Below are positions 44,645 through 55,016 of a stretch of DNA of 64,000 nucleotides, piece after piece. The notes under the pieces were generated by a model that ran no database searches, was not told the DNA's origin, and saw only the letters and a program-made list of their open reading frames with translations. Position 1 is the first letter of the stretch; every line of letters begins with the position of its first letter. The position numbers and the translations under genes are program-made. Where the stretch lies: assembly GCA_018653605.1 (NCBI GenBank), contig JABHYY010000021.1, forward strand, positions 4,329 to 68,328. The letters run 5' to 3'. This DNA is from an archaeon. GTDB taxonomy: Archaea; Nanobdellota; Nanobdellia; SCGC-AAA011-G17; GW2011-AR17.

Positions 44645-47263
44645 TTATGCTCCTTCCTGTACTTCGTTTATTATTTTTTTAACATCAATAGTACCATTTT
44701 CTGATTTTGAAACATCAATATTATCATCACCATATGTGAATTGGATGATTGTTTTGTTTGCATCTCTTACTGTTTGATCATATTCAACTTTTAAGTCTTG
44801 TAATGCATTAGCAAGTCTTCTGTAAAGATAACCGGATTTTGGAGTTCTTAAAGCTGTATCCATCAGTGAGTCTCGACCTGTCATAGCGTGGAAGAAAAAC
44901 TCTACTGGATTTAAACCTTGTTTGTAACTGTGTCTTACAAATCCTCTTGCTTCTGCTGATTTATCATGCTCTTGGAATAGTGAAAGTGTTCTGTTTCTAT
45001 ATCCTTTTTCAATTCTTTTTCCTCTTAAAGCTTGCTGTCCAACTAAAACACCTGTTTGTGCTAAGTTTAGAATGTTACCTCTACCACCACTCCTGGCCAT
45101 TATAATCATGTTATTGTCACTAGTAGTACTTTTACTTACCATTTCACCAATCTTGTTTCTGGCTTCGTTAAGTTTTTGTAAAATCATTAATTCTAATGTT
45201 TCTTCAATTGTTTTTCCAGAGAAAGGTTTTATCTTATTTTTCTTACTCTGTGCAACAAGTTCATCAACATCTACCATTGATTTTTTAATTGCGCTCTTTG
45301 CTTTTGTTAAAATTGCATCAGGAATATCTGCATCAGATGTTGTAACTGTGAATCCTCTCTTTTCTAGAGATGCTAAACCTAGCTTGAAAATTTTCCCAAA
45401 GTAATCCATTGTTATTTCTGCTGAGTTTAATCTGTGAATATCTCTTAACAAGGAACCATTACTTTCACCAATTGTACCTTTGTCAATTTTTCCAGTCAAT
45501 AAATTCCCTTTTTCTATGAAAACATAAGCATCATAGTCACATTTTCTTTTTTTACATTCATTACATTTTAAGCATGTTTTTGAAAATCCTACAAAGTTAA
45601 AATCATCTGGAAGCAAAGCTGAAAATACTTCTTTTCCTGTAACTTCTTTTTTGAATTTTGCCATTTTAGGATAATTATCAACACCAACTTTCAAAAGCAT
45701 CTGAATTGCTTCTTCTTTTGGCATTCTTGTTTTCTTCCTTGTTAACAAGAAATTTCCAGTAATTGCATCTTGAGTACAACCAATAACATTTAATCCATCT
45801 TTTGGACCGATGATTTGTGTTCCAACTTCCATAAGCATTTCTGCTTCTGCTCTTGCTTCTTCAGTTTGTGGAACATGAAGGTTCATCTCGTCACCATCAA
45901 AATCTGCGTTGTAAGGATTACAAACAGCAGGGTTTAATCTAAATGATTTTCCAGGTAAAACTTTAACTTTGTGACACATTATACTCATTCTGTGCAAAGA
46001 AGGTTGCCTGTTAAATATACAAACATCACCATTGATTAAGTGTCTCTCAACTACTTGACCAGGTAATAATTCATCCAAAATAACTTCTTGAGTTTCGGGA
46101 GTAATTTTTTTCTTTTTACTACCTTCAACAATAACATAATTTGCACCAGGATAATCTTTAGGGCCTCTTTTTATGAATTCTTTTAACCATTCAATGTTCC
46201 ATTCTGTTATTCTTTCTGGAACTGTTAGTTCCATACAGATTTCTTTTGGTACACCAACTTCGTTAAATCCAATTTTTGGATCTCCAGAAATAACTGTCCT
46301 TCCTGCATAGTTTACTCTTTTACCTGCTAAGTTGTGCCTAAATCTTCCTTCTTTACTTTTTATTCTTTCTGTGATTGTTTTCAAAGGTTGACCTGATCTG
46401 TGCCTTGCAGGTGGAACTTGTGCAATTCCATTGTCAAAGAATGTTGTAACATGATATTGTAATAGGTCCCAAAGGTCTTCAATAATAATTTCTGGTGCTC
46501 CTGCATTAATGTTTTCAAATAATCTTTGGTTAATTCTAACAATGTCACCTAACTTGTGTGTTAAGTCATCTTCTGACCTTTCACCAGATTCTAAGGTGAT
46601 TGATGGTCTCATTGTTACAGGTGGAATTGCGAAAAGTGAAAGAATCATCCATTCTGGTCTTGCAAATTCTGGATTAACACCAATTAGTCTACAATCATCA
46701 TCACTAATTTTTTCTAACCTTGCTCTTACCTCAATAGGACTTAATCTTTTATTATCATGTAAGAATGTTGAAGGTTTCTCAATTTTAATTGCTGGTTGTG
46801 GTGCTTTACAATGAGGACATTTCTTAGCTGTTTTTGCCTTTTTTCTAATCAAAGCAGACAATGCTTTTGCTGAATTGTATTTTCCTTCGCTAATAAATTT
46901 ATCATATTTTGTTTTCTGTTCTAAATATAATTCGTCATCTAGTAATAACCTGCTACATTCATCGCAAGTGTGTTGTAAGAAAATTTGAACTGCTTTAAGA
47001 TATTTAATATGAATAACTGGTCTTGCAAGATCAATGTAACCAAAATGACCAATACACTCTTTTAGTTTTCCACTACAAGTTTTACATCTTAGACCTGGAT
47101 CAATAACACCTAACCTTGTATCCATTAAACCACCATCAACAGGGTAACCTTCTTTATCATAAATTTCAGCTGTAACTATCTTTGCAGCTGCATACTTCTT
47201 AATTTGCTGTGGTGACATTAAGCTAAACTTAATTGTCTTTATGTTTTTGTATACCCCTCTCAT
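44645..47263 (-). CDS. rpoA1: RNA polymerase subunit A'
   Basis: NADFDGD and NRQPSLH motifs. Confidence 0.98.
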   Translation of the reverse strand: MRGVYKNIKTIKFSLMSPQQIKKYAAAKIVTAEIYDKEGYPVDGGLMDTRLGVIDPGLRCKTCSGKLKECIGHFGYIDLARPVIHIKYLKAVQIFLQHTCDECSRLLLDDELYLEQKTKYDKFISEGKYNSAKALSALIRKKAKTAKKCPHCKAPQPAIKIEKPSTFLHDNKRLSPIEVRARLEKISDDDCRLIGVNPEFARPEWMILSLFAIPPVTMRPSITLESGERSEDDLTHKLGDIVRINQRLFENINAGAPEIIIEDLWDLLQYHVTTFFDNGIAQVPPARHRSGQPLKTITERIKSKEGRFRHNLAGKRVNYAGRTVISGDPKIGFNEVGVPKEICMELTVPERITEWNIEWLKEFIKRGPKDYPGANYVIVEGSKKKKITPETQEVILDELLPGQVVERHLINGDVCIFNRQPSLHRMSIMCHKVKVLPGKSFRLNPAVCNPYNADFDGDEMNLHVPQTEEARAEAEMLMEVGTQIIGPKDGLNVIGCTQDAITGNFLLTRKKTRMPKEEAIQMLLKVGVDNYPKMAKFKKEVTGKEVFSALLPDDFNFVGFSKTCLKCNECKKRKCDYDAYVFIEKGNLLTGKIDKGTIGESNGSLLRDIHRLNSAEITMDYFGKIFKLGLASLEKRGFTVTTSDADIPDAILTKAKSAIKKSMVDVDELVAQSKKNKIKPFSGKTIEETLELMILQKLNEARNKIGEMVSKSTTSDNNMIIMARSGGRGNILNLAQTGVLVGQQALRGKRIEKGYRNRTLSLFQEHDKSAEARGFVRHSYKQGLNPVEFFFHAMTGRDSLMDTALRTPKSGYLYRRLANALQDLKVEYDQTVRDANKTIIQFTYGDDNIDVSKSENGTIDVKKIINEVQEGA

Positions 47264-47264
47264 C

Positions 47265-49067
47265 TTAATATTTACTCCCTAATCCAATTCTTGTAAAGAT
47301 TCCTAATGATTTTAATTCGTCTAATAATAATTTGAAAGCATAACTTATCTCAATTTTGCTTACTTTTGCACTAGCTCCACATTTTGAACATGATGCTCTG
47401 CCTTTAATTCTATCAAAGACTGCTAGTAAGCCACAGTTTTCACATACATGTAAGATTGTTTTGTCTGAGTCAAATCTTTCTTTTAATAATAGAGATGCAC
47501 CATGAGCTACAAGACAATCTTTCTCCATCTCTCCTAACCTAAGACCTCCACCTTTACTTCTACCTTCAATAGGTTGTCTTGTTAGTAATTGGATTCTTCC
47601 AGATGCTCTTGCGTGCATTTTGTTTGCAACCATGTATTTTAATTTTAAGTAGTACATATTTCCAACAAAGATTTTTGCTTTGAATTCTTCACCTGTAACA
47701 CCATTGTACATTTTTTCTGTACCATCTTCTCTAAAGCCAAGTTTGGATAACATTTTTCTTAAATCTTTTTCTGATGTTGCACTAAATGTAGTTCCATCAA
47801 TAAGTGTTCCACCTAATGCGCCAGTTTTACCAGCAATAACTTCAATTAAGTGTGAAATAGTCATCCTTGATGGGATACTGTGTGGTGAAAAAATTATGTC
47901 AGGTGTAACTCCACCAGATGTGAAAGGCATGTCAGCTTGTGGGATAATTCTTCCTACAACTCCTTTTTGCCCATATCTTGAAGAAAACTTGTCACCAATT
48001 TCTGGAATTCTTTGGTCTCTTAGTCTTACTTGTACTAATTTGTTACCTTCTGCATTTTCTGTAATAAGAACTGTATCAATAACACCTTTTTCACCTTGTC
48101 TTACTGCAGCTGAACTTTCTCTTCTTGTGTTTGCTGCAATTGAAAATTCTTCCATTTCACCAAGGAATCTTGGTGGTGAAGTTTTACCAATAATAACATC
48201 TTCTTCTGTTAACTTTGCTTCTGGATAAACAATACCATCATCTTCAAGGAACTTGTAGTCATCTTCGGAACGATATCCCTTTACTTCTTTATCAGGAATT
48301 CCTATCTCGTCAATCAAACCACCTTGGTATCTAATCTCTGAAACTGAGTAAGGTCTAAAGAAATATGATCTTCCAAAGCCTCTTTCAATTGAACCTTTGT
48401 TTATAATTAAGGAATCTTCCATGTTATAACCATCGTAACTCATTAGAGCGATTGTTATGTTTTGGCCTGATGGGTGTTTGTCAAAATTAACCAATTTGTG
48501 CATGAAAGTTCCAACAATTGGTCTTTGTGGATATTGTAAAATATTAATGTCAGTATCTAATCTTAGCAAGTAGTTCATTGCATATAATCCTAAGGATTGT
48601 TTCTGAGTTTTAGATCCTCTGTTAAGCCTTGAACTCTGACCGAAGTTTGCATAAGGTACTAGTGATGTTGTTAAACCTAAAATTGAAACTGGACTTATTT
48701 CCAGGTGAGTGTGTTCTTTGTTAACATATTTTCGTGCTAAAGAAACAAATGCATTTTCTTCTTCATTTGCATCTAAGTATTCAATAATTCCTTGGTCAAC
48801 AAGATCTTTCCAAGTAAGTTCATTTGATTCTAATTTTTTAAGGTGGTCTTCTGTTAGTAAAGGTTGACCATTTTCTACTACAATTAAAGGTCTTCTAACT
48901 CTACCTGTAGAAGTGTGGATACCAATTTCATTGAATTCTGGATCGTAATTAATGTTAAGTGCTAAAGGTAATTTCTGTTTTCTTCTTTCCTCTTTTATAT
49001 TCTTAAGAAAACTAGTTGGATTGTCAACAGTTCCTACATATTTTTCATCTAAGTATACATTGGTCAT
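47265..49067 (-). CDS. rpoB1: RNA polymerase subunit B' (C-terminal half)
   Basis: GDKFSSRYGQKG and GGLRLGEME motifs. Confidence 0.97.
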   Translation of the reverse strand: MTNVYLDEKYVGTVDNPTSFLKNIKEERRKQKLPLALNINYDPEFNEIGIHTSTGRVRRPLIVVENGQPLLTEDHLKKLESNELTWKDLVDQGIIEYLDANEEENAFVSLARKYVNKEHTHLEISPVSILGLTTSLVPYANFGQSSRLNRGSKTQKQSLGLYAMNYLLRLDTDINILQYPQRPIVGTFMHKLVNFDKHPSGQNITIALMSYDGYNMEDSLIINKGSIERGFGRSYFFRPYSVSEIRYQGGLIDEIGIPDKEVKGYRSEDDYKFLEDDGIVYPEAKLTEEDVIIGKTSPPRFLGEMEEFSIAANTRRESSAAVRQGEKGVIDTVLITENAEGNKLVQVRLRDQRIPEIGDKFSSRYGQKGVVGRIIPQADMPFTSGGVTPDIIFSPHSIPSRMTISHLIEVIAGKTGALGGTLIDGTTFSATSEKDLRKMLSKLGFREDGTEKMYNGVTGEEFKAKIFVGNMYYLKLKYMVANKMHARASGRIQLLTRQPIEGRSKGGGLRLGEMEKDCLVAHGASLLLKERFDSDKTILHVCENCGLLAVFDRIKGRASCSKCGASAKVSKIEISYAFKLLLDELKSLGIFTRIGLGSKY

Positions 49068-50548
49068 TTTATCAAGTTAACTCCTAAGTTTTCTATTGTT
49101 TTTTTAATTTGACTTTCATCAAGCTCATCTTGTGTTACTTGTGCAAGCATTGCTAGGTTTTTTCTTAAACCAATTGGAGTACCTTCAGGTGTTTCAATTG
49201 GACATAATCTTCCAAAGTGTGTAGAGTGAATCTCTCTTGCTTCGAAATTTTCTTGAGTTGCTGATAATAATGAAACAACTCTTGTTAAGTGGGACATTGT
49301 TGAAAGGAAGTTTACTCTGTCAATGTTTTGGCTGATACCTTTTCTTCCACCAACCCATGAACCTGTTGCAACTGCACTTTGAATTCTTGAAGTTAATAAT
49401 TTGTCTCTAATAATTATTTTTACTGATTGGAACTTTCCTCTCTTAACTAATCTTTGGAAGTTGTATAAAATATCGTTAACTAAAACTCTCATGTTTACTC
49501 TGAATAAGTCAGACATAAGGTCTCCTGCTAATTTTAATTTTTTGTTTTTGTAATGATCTTTATCAGTGATTGATTTGTTATCTTTTGTAATCTCTAAGAA
49601 TTTTTTAATCATCTTACACATATGGTATGCTTTTAATTTTCTCTCTTTTGCAGTAATTCCTAAGTGAGGCATTAAGTAATGATCAAGCTGATCTTGAGTT
49701 TTTTCTAATTTGATTTCTCTTGGTTGTGTTAAACCAATCTTCTTTGCAATAATTTCCATTGCGTCTTCACTAGTTTTAATTTCAGCTGAGTTGTATAAGT
49801 TAATATAAACATCATCGTAATCTTTGTCATCACAAATCTGTTCCATGATCTCTTGATCTTTTGTTAAGCCTAAAGCTTTAATGATTGTTATGATTGGAAC
49901 TCTTTTCAATTTTGTAAATGATATGTAAATTATTCCATCTTTCATATGTTCTATTACATGAGGGATACTGTAAGCTCCTCTTTGTGAAAATATTTTAGCA
50001 GTGTTTTTACTTGGGCCAATAAGATTCTTTTGGTAGAAAACTTTGTTTGGAAGTAAATCTTCAACTGTAATAATTACTCTTTCATTTCCATTGATAATAA
50101 AGTAACCACCTGTATCAAAAGCATCTTCACCATGTTCAACTAATTCATCTCTTGAAAGTTTGTGTAGGTGACAGTATTTTGATTTAAGCATGATTGGGAT
50201 TCTTCCTATCTCTGAAACAAAACTTTCTCTTTGAATGCCATCAACATAAGCTGAGACTTCTAAGAAAATAGGAGCTGCGTAAGTTAACTTCCTTAATCTT
50301 GCTTCAACAGGGTAGATGTTTCTCTTTGAACCATCTGCTTCTGTGATTTGTGGTTTTTCAATCCAAATCTTTTCTAATTTAATTTTGAATTCCTGTACAT
50401 CTGCAGGAAGAATTGTTGGAATAATATCTCCAATTTCATCAATTGTTTTTTGTAATTCATATTCTATAAACTTGTTAAAAGAAGCAATGCTAGACTCTAT
50501 AAAAGAGTGCTCTTCAAAGTATTTTTTTATTAGTAAATTTTTTGACAT
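49064..50548 (-). CDS. rpoB2: RNA polymerase subunit B'' (N-terminal half)
   Basis: GGYFIING and CPIETPEG motifs. Confidence 0.97.
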   Translation of the reverse strand: MSKNLLIKKYFEEHSFIESSIASFNKFIEYELQKTIDEIGDIIPTILPADVQEFKIKLEKIWIEKPQITEADGSKRNIYPVEARLRKLTYAAPIFLEVSAYVDGIQRESFVSEIGRIPIMLKSKYCHLHKLSRDELVEHGEDAFDTGGYFIINGNERVIITVEDLLPNKVFYQKNLIGPSKNTAKIFSQRGAYSIPHVIEHMKDGIIYISFTKLKRVPIITIIKALGLTKDQEIMEQICDDKDYDDVYINLYNSAEIKTSEDAMEIIAKKIGLTQPREIKLEKTQDQLDHYLMPHLGITAKERKLKAYHMCKMIKKFLEITKDNKSITDKDHYKNKKLKLAGDLMSDLFRVNMRVLVNDILYNFQRLVKRGKFQSVKIIIRDKLLTSRIQSAVATGSWVGGRKGISQNIDRVNFLSTMSHLTRVVSLLSATQENFEAREIHSTHFGRLCPIETPEGTPIGLRKNLAMLAQVTQDELDESQIKKTIENLGVNLIK

Positions 50549-50549
50549 A

Positions 50550-50801
50550 TTATATTACAACCCTAAAATAATCAACTTCACCTCTTGCAACACTTGGTCT
50601 TATGATTTTGATTATGTCTCCTGGATTGATTTCCATTTCAAATAAAGCTGGATCAGCTCTTGAGATTCTTGGTAATTGTGATAATGCTATATTATATTTA
50701 TCTAGAACTACTTTTTTCTCATCATCAGTAAGTCTGATGTGTTTGGGTACTAAGCGGTGTGATGAAACATCCACTTGTGGAATAATTATCTTTTTTGCCA
50801 T
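50550..50801 (-). CDS. rpoH: RNA polymerase subunit H
   Basis: HRLVPKH, LPRISRADP and GDIIKIIR motifs; true start at ATG 50801. Confidence 0.95.
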   Translation of the reverse strand: MAKKIIIPQVDVSSHRLVPKHIRLTDDEKKVVLDKYNIALSQLPRISRADPALFEMEINPGDIIKIIRPSVARGEVDYFRVVI

Positions 50802-50812
50802 TTTTTTTTGGA

Positions 50813-50886
50813 AGGACCGGACGGGATTTGAACCCGCGACCACTTGATTAAAAGTCAAGTGCTCTACCAGACTGAGCTACCAGTCC
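50813..50886 (-). tRNA. tRNA-Lys(TTT)
   Basis: Acceptor GGACTGG/CCGGTCC; anticodon arm CTTGA-CTTTTAA-TCAAG; T-loop TTCAAAT. Confidence 0.93.
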
Positions 50887-50889
50887 ATA

Positions 50890-50992
50890 CGCCCTGACCG
50901 GGACTTTCACTCAGCTTCTTTTTCCACCGATTTTGAACCCGGGTCGTCGCCTCGACAGGGCGACATGATCAACCGAACTACACTATCAGGGC
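50890..50992 (-). tRNA. tRNA-Asp(GTC) with 28-nt intron at 59/60 (50904-50931)
   Basis: Acceptor GCCCTGA/TCAGGGC; anticodon arm TCGCC-CTGTCGA-GGCGA; BHB-like cleavage restores CCGGG-TTCAAAT-CCCGG. Confidence 0.9.
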
Positions 50993-51138
50993 ATAACATT
51001 CTACAGTCTATTTTAATAATTAGGGGTTTACTCCTTTTTATTATTAAGACTATAGAATTTTTTGACCATGTGATGTTCCAGAAAAATCGGGTATTTATAA
51101 ATGTTTTGGTTTTTTAGTTAATAGAGAGTCATCAAAGC

Positions 51139-51603
51139 TTAGTGAAATTCTAATTGTTGTTTTAATTTAGTCATAATTTCTGGATTTGGCTTTTTCTTTA
51201 AATCGTAGGAATCACTCCTAATATTACTACCATCCTCTAGCATTTTTGTGGAATAAGACATCACTCCAGGTTCAGTAGGGCTTAAAGTCATATTGTGAGC
51301 AAGATTATTTATATCATCAAAATGTTTTCCAATATTATCTAAATTTCTGTTTACAATCCTAAAAATATAATTTTTACATAAATTTTGAAGCTCATTTGCT
51401 AAAGCTACTACCCTATCCTTTCCAGGCTTTAGATGTTTTGAAAAATCTTTCCTTAATTGAGTAATTACTTTATCTATTTCATATGATAACTCTTCTAAAT
51501 AATCTAAGTATGCTTCACCTTCTAACTTTAATACTTCCTCAACAGGCTTTAATTCCAATTCATTAAACTTGGTTGGTACCTTGTTATAGTTAAATAGAGA
51601 CAT
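51139..51603 (-). CDS. hypothetical helical protein
   Basis: 154-aa ORF. Confidence 0.6.
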   Translation of the reverse strand: MSLFNYNKVPTKFNELELKPVEEVLKLEGEAYLDYLEELSYEIDKVITQLRKDFSKHLKPGKDRVVALANELQNLCKNYIFRIVNRNLDNIGKHFDDINNLAHNMTLSPTEPGVMSYSTKMLEDGSNIRSDSYDLKKKPNPEIMTKLKQQLEFH

Positions 51604-51691
51604 ATCTTTTCTATAGGTCCTTTAACTTTTAAACTTTTCTGTGTTTGAGCTCTATACACTTGTTATCGTCTAGAATAAAGAGATTAAAAAT

Positions 51692-53029
51692 TTATTTCAA
51701 TTCTATACACTGGCCATCACCCATAATAAATACATCTTTTCCCAGCTTGTAACCCATCTCTTGGGCTAAAGATGCCATTGCAGTTAGCTTAGAAGTTTCT
51801 CCATGTGCAGGAATAATGTTTTTTGGTTTTAGCAAATTGAATAAATCTCTGTGATCTTCCCTTGCTGCATGACCAGAACAATGAATGTCTTTGAATAATC
51901 TTAGTTTCTTTTGTTTTAACTTTGCTTCTAACAATGTTCTGTTTGCAATGTTTTCTGGTGTTGGAATTGTTCTACAAGAGAAAACAATGTGATCACCAGG
52001 TTTGAATTGATAAGGAAGCTCATTTAATGCTAATCTTGTTAAAATTGCTCTTGGTTCACCTTGGTTACCTGTACAAACAACAAGATATTTTCCTGGATTT
52101 TTTTGAATTTCTTTTAACTTTCTTTTTATATGTGCTGCATATCCAATGATTTCAACATCTTTTGAAAAATTAATAATACCTACTTTCTCTGCTGCAGTAG
52201 TATATTTATGCAATGATCTGCCTAAGAAAACAATCTTTCTGTTCATTTTCTTACCAAACTCAACTATACTTTTCAGTCGAGCAATCTGTGATGCAAATGT
52301 TGTAACAATAACTAGATTACCTTTGTTGTCAGTTCCTAAGAGAACATCTTTTAACATTTCTCTTGCAACTTTTTCTGAAGGTGTTTTCATGTCAACATCA
52401 GAATATAAAGCATCTCCTATGAATGCAAGTACACCTTTCTTTTCTATTTCCTTTAATCTTTTATAATTAGGCTTTGTTCCAACAACAGGATGATTGTCTA
52501 ACTTGAAATCATTACCATAAACTATTGCACCTTCTGGTGTATGTATTACTATGAATGCTGTTTGTGGTGTTGAGTGTGTTACATTTACTAGTTCTAGTGT
52601 TAAATTTTTGCTTATGACGACTGAAGAATTAGGTTTCATTGCTTTTATTGGATTTTTTATTCTAACTCTTTCATCTTTTAGTATTGTTTTTAGAACTTCT
52701 AGACTGTAAGGTGTTCCATAAACAGGACAATTATATGCTTCTGCTAAATAGGGAATTGCTCCAATGTGATCTAGGTGACAGTGGCTTACTACAATTGCTT
52801 TAACTTTACTTCTCCATTCTTTGATTATTGAATCATCAGGAACAGCACCCAGTTTAATCATCTGTTCTCTTGTTAACTCTGTTTTTACAATCTCTTCTTC
52901 TTGTATTCGAATTATTTCAGGGAGATAAAAACCCATATCACAGATTATAACTTCTTCTCCAATTTTAATTGCAGTCATGTTCTTACCAACTTCAGAATAG
53001 CCACCAATTGTGCATACTTCTACTTTCAT
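51692..53029 (-). CDS. rnj: ribonuclease J (beta-CASP)
   Basis: GGYSEVGKNM, SHCHLDH, GNQGEP, HCSGH and PAHGE motifs. Confidence 0.95.
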   Translation of the reverse strand: MKVEVCTIGGYSEVGKNMTAIKIGEEVIICDMGFYLPEIIRIQEEEIVKTELTREQMIKLGAVPDDSIIKEWRSKVKAIVVSHCHLDHIGAIPYLAEAYNCPVYGTPYSLEVLKTILKDERVRIKNPIKAMKPNSSVVISKNLTLELVNVTHSTPQTAFIVIHTPEGAIVYGNDFKLDNHPVVGTKPNYKRLKEIEKKGVLAFIGDALYSDVDMKTPSEKVAREMLKDVLLGTDNKGNLVIVTTFASQIARLKSIVEFGKKMNRKIVFLGRSLHKYTTAAEKVGIINFSKDVEIIGYAAHIKRKLKEIQKNPGKYLVVCTGNQGEPRAILTRLALNELPYQFKPGDHIVFSCRTIPTPENIANRTLLEAKLKQKKLRLFKDIHCSGHAAREDHRDLFNLLKPKNIIPAHGETSKLTAMASLAQEMGYKLGKDVFIMGDGQCIELK

Positions 53030-53064
53030 CTTTGTTATTTAGGTCCTAGAATATATATAGCTTT

Positions 53065-53397
53065 CTATTTGAAATCCAACTTATCTCCAGCTTTAAGTGA
53101 GTGAGCATAGCCTTCTGGTAGTTCTAAAACATATTTTGCTTGTTCTGGTGGAACTACTAAAGGTGTGAAAGGTTTTAATTTTCTTCTGATGTAAACAATT
53201 TCTAGATTTTTGTTTAGCCAAACTGCATCTATTGCTCCAAAAACAAAGAACATGTGTATTGAAATGACAAACTCGTGTTTGTTTGCCATTAGAATAGGTT
53301 TAATCTTGGAAAACATCAAGCCTCTGGCTTTTGAATAAAAAGATTCGCAAAGTTTTACCTTTTTTGCTATTAATGCATCATTATGGTAGATTTCCAT
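53065..53397 (-). CDS. DUF192 family protein
   Basis: KARGLMF, IHMFFV..IDAVWLN and YVLELP motifs. Confidence 0.88.
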   Translation of the reverse strand: MEIYHNDALIAKKVKLCESFYSKARGLMFSKIKPILMANKHEFVISIHMFFVFGAIDAVWLNKNLEIVYIRRKLKPFTPLVVPPEQAKYVLELPEGYAHSLKAGDKLDFK

Positions 53398-53498
53398 AAG
53401 ATTATTTTGTTCTTTTTGGTTTAAGAAGATTATTGTGGGCTGGCATAAGGATACTGTGTTATAAGAAAATATTTAAGCTTTGAAGGCATGGATTGATT

Positions 53499-54176
53499 AT
53501 GAGAAATTTCAAGAATGCTGTGAAAAGGTTAGAGGATTTGTTTATTAGAAAAGAGTACTATAAAGATAATCCTCAAAGATTTAGGAATTATGATGCACAG
53601 ATTGGTATGGGATTAAAACATGTAGAGAAACAAGTGTGGGATTTGATGCCAAATATTGTTGGAAAAGATTCTGTTTATGCTTTGTTTTCTTTGTTAAGAG
53701 ATTTGAAAGAAGATAGTGCTGTTGGATCAAGGTTGTTGGTTTTGAGTAAAATGAAAAAGTTGGATTTTAGGGTTAAGGAAGTTAGAGGCATTAAGATCCC
53801 TAAGGTTGGTGTTCACCCTGATATTAGTGCTGATTTGGGTGAGTTGAAAAAGTGTTATGATTCTGGTTGTTATCGAAGTTGTGTTGTTCTTTGTGGTCGA
53901 GTGCTGGAGGTTGGTTTGCATAAAAAGTTTTATGATGTGACTGGTCGTGATGTGTTGGAGAAAAGTCCTGGGATTGGATTGGGAAAGTTGGTTGCTAAGA
54001 TGTGTGAGAAAGAGATTGCATTAGATCCAGGATTGACTCAACAGATTCATCTAATTAACCAAGTTCGAGTTTTTTCTGTGCATAAAAAGTCTAGAGTGTT
54101 TAATCCTTCTAAAAGTCAAGCACATGCAATGGTCTTGTATACTGTTGATATTTTAGAAAAATTATTTAAAGCTTAA
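53499..54176 (+). CDS. protein with C-terminal DUF4145/HEPN-like domain
   Basis: ELKKCYDSGCYRSCVVLCGRVLE...RVFSVH (RxxxxH). Confidence 0.7.
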   Translation: MRNFKNAVKRLEDLFIRKEYYKDNPQRFRNYDAQIGMGLKHVEKQVWDLMPNIVGKDSVYALFSLLRDLKEDSAVGSRLLVLSKMKKLDFRVKEVRGIKIPKVGVHPDISADLGELKKCYDSGCYRSCVVLCGRVLEVGLHKKFYDVTGRDVLEKSPGIGLGKLVAKMCEKEIALDPGLTQQIHLINQVRVFSVHKKSRVFNPSKSQAHAMVLYTVDILEKLFKA

Positions 54177-54191
54177 AGGTATTGATTTAAT

Positions 54192-54686
54192 ATGCCTAAT
54201 GCTGTTACACATGTTTTGATTGCAATTATTTTAATTGATTTTTTTAGGGATTATGTTCTTAAGAAAAAGTTTTTCCCTTTGTATTTAGTTTTGATTGGAG
54301 GGATTGCTGGAATTTTGCCTGATATTGATGTTTTGTTGATTTGGTTGTTTGAGTTGGATGTGCATCGGTTGTATACTCACAGTTTGATTATTCCTCTTGG
54401 TTTGCTTTTGGTAGGTTTGTTATTTTTATTCTATAAGCAGAAGCATTATATGGTGTCTAAGGTGTTCTTTGTAATTTGTGCTGGATGGTTTATACACATT
54501 TTGTTAGATGGGTTGTTGAATGGTACTGTTATTCCTTTCTGGCCTTTGAGTTCTTTTGAATTTGGATTGAATCTTTTGCCTGGTACTCTTTTCAGTGGAA
54601 CACTTTATGCTGGGATTGATGCCATACTTCTTGTGGTTTGGTTTGTGCATGAATATTTTAGGCACAATATTCGTGATTATATATAA
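54192..54686 (+). CDS. membrane metal-dependent hydrolase (YdjM/DUF457-like)
   Basis: TH, LPDID, HRLYTHS and HILLD motifs; TM helices. Confidence 0.88.
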   Translation: MPNAVTHVLIAIILIDFFRDYVLKKKFFPLYLVLIGGIAGILPDIDVLLIWLFELDVHRLYTHSLIIPLGLLLVGLLFLFYKQKHYMVSKVFFVICAGWFIHILLDGLLNGTVIPFWPLSSFEFGLNLLPGTLFSGTLYAGIDAILLVVWFVHEYFRHNIRDYI

Positions 54687-54722
54687 TAAGCTTTAAATAG
54701 TTAAATGACTAGGATATAGTGT

Positions 54723-55016
54723 ATGGTTCAAACAAAGGAATTTAAGGAAATCGTAAAAAAATCTAAATTAATTCTTAAGAAAAATGATGTTGTTAAAGCT
54801 GGGATTTTTGGCTCTTTTGCTAAAGGTAAAGCAAAAAAAACAAGTGATATTGATTTTTTGGTACAGTTTAAAGCTGGAAAGGGATTATTTGATTTAGTTA
54901 GGTTGAAATATCAACTTGAAGATAAATTAAATAAAAAAGTTGACATTGTTACATACAGATCAGTTCATCCTTTATTAAAAAAAGAAATAATGAGTGAGGA
55001 GATTAAAATATTATGA
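54723..55016 (+). CDS. MntA-type nucleotidyltransferase antitoxin
   Basis: FGSFAKG..SDIDFLV motif. Confidence 0.92.
   Translation: MVQTKEFKEIVKKSKLILKKNDVVKAGIFGSFAKGKAKKTSDIDFLVQFKAGKGLFDLVRLKYQLEDKLNKKVDIVTYRSVHPLLKKEIMSEEIKIL

Noticed and set aside
43489-50548. Split RpoA and RpoB
   Set aside because: Normal for Euryarchaeota and DPANN.
50802-50858. RpoH N-terminal extension
   Set aside because: Falls inside tRNA-Lys.
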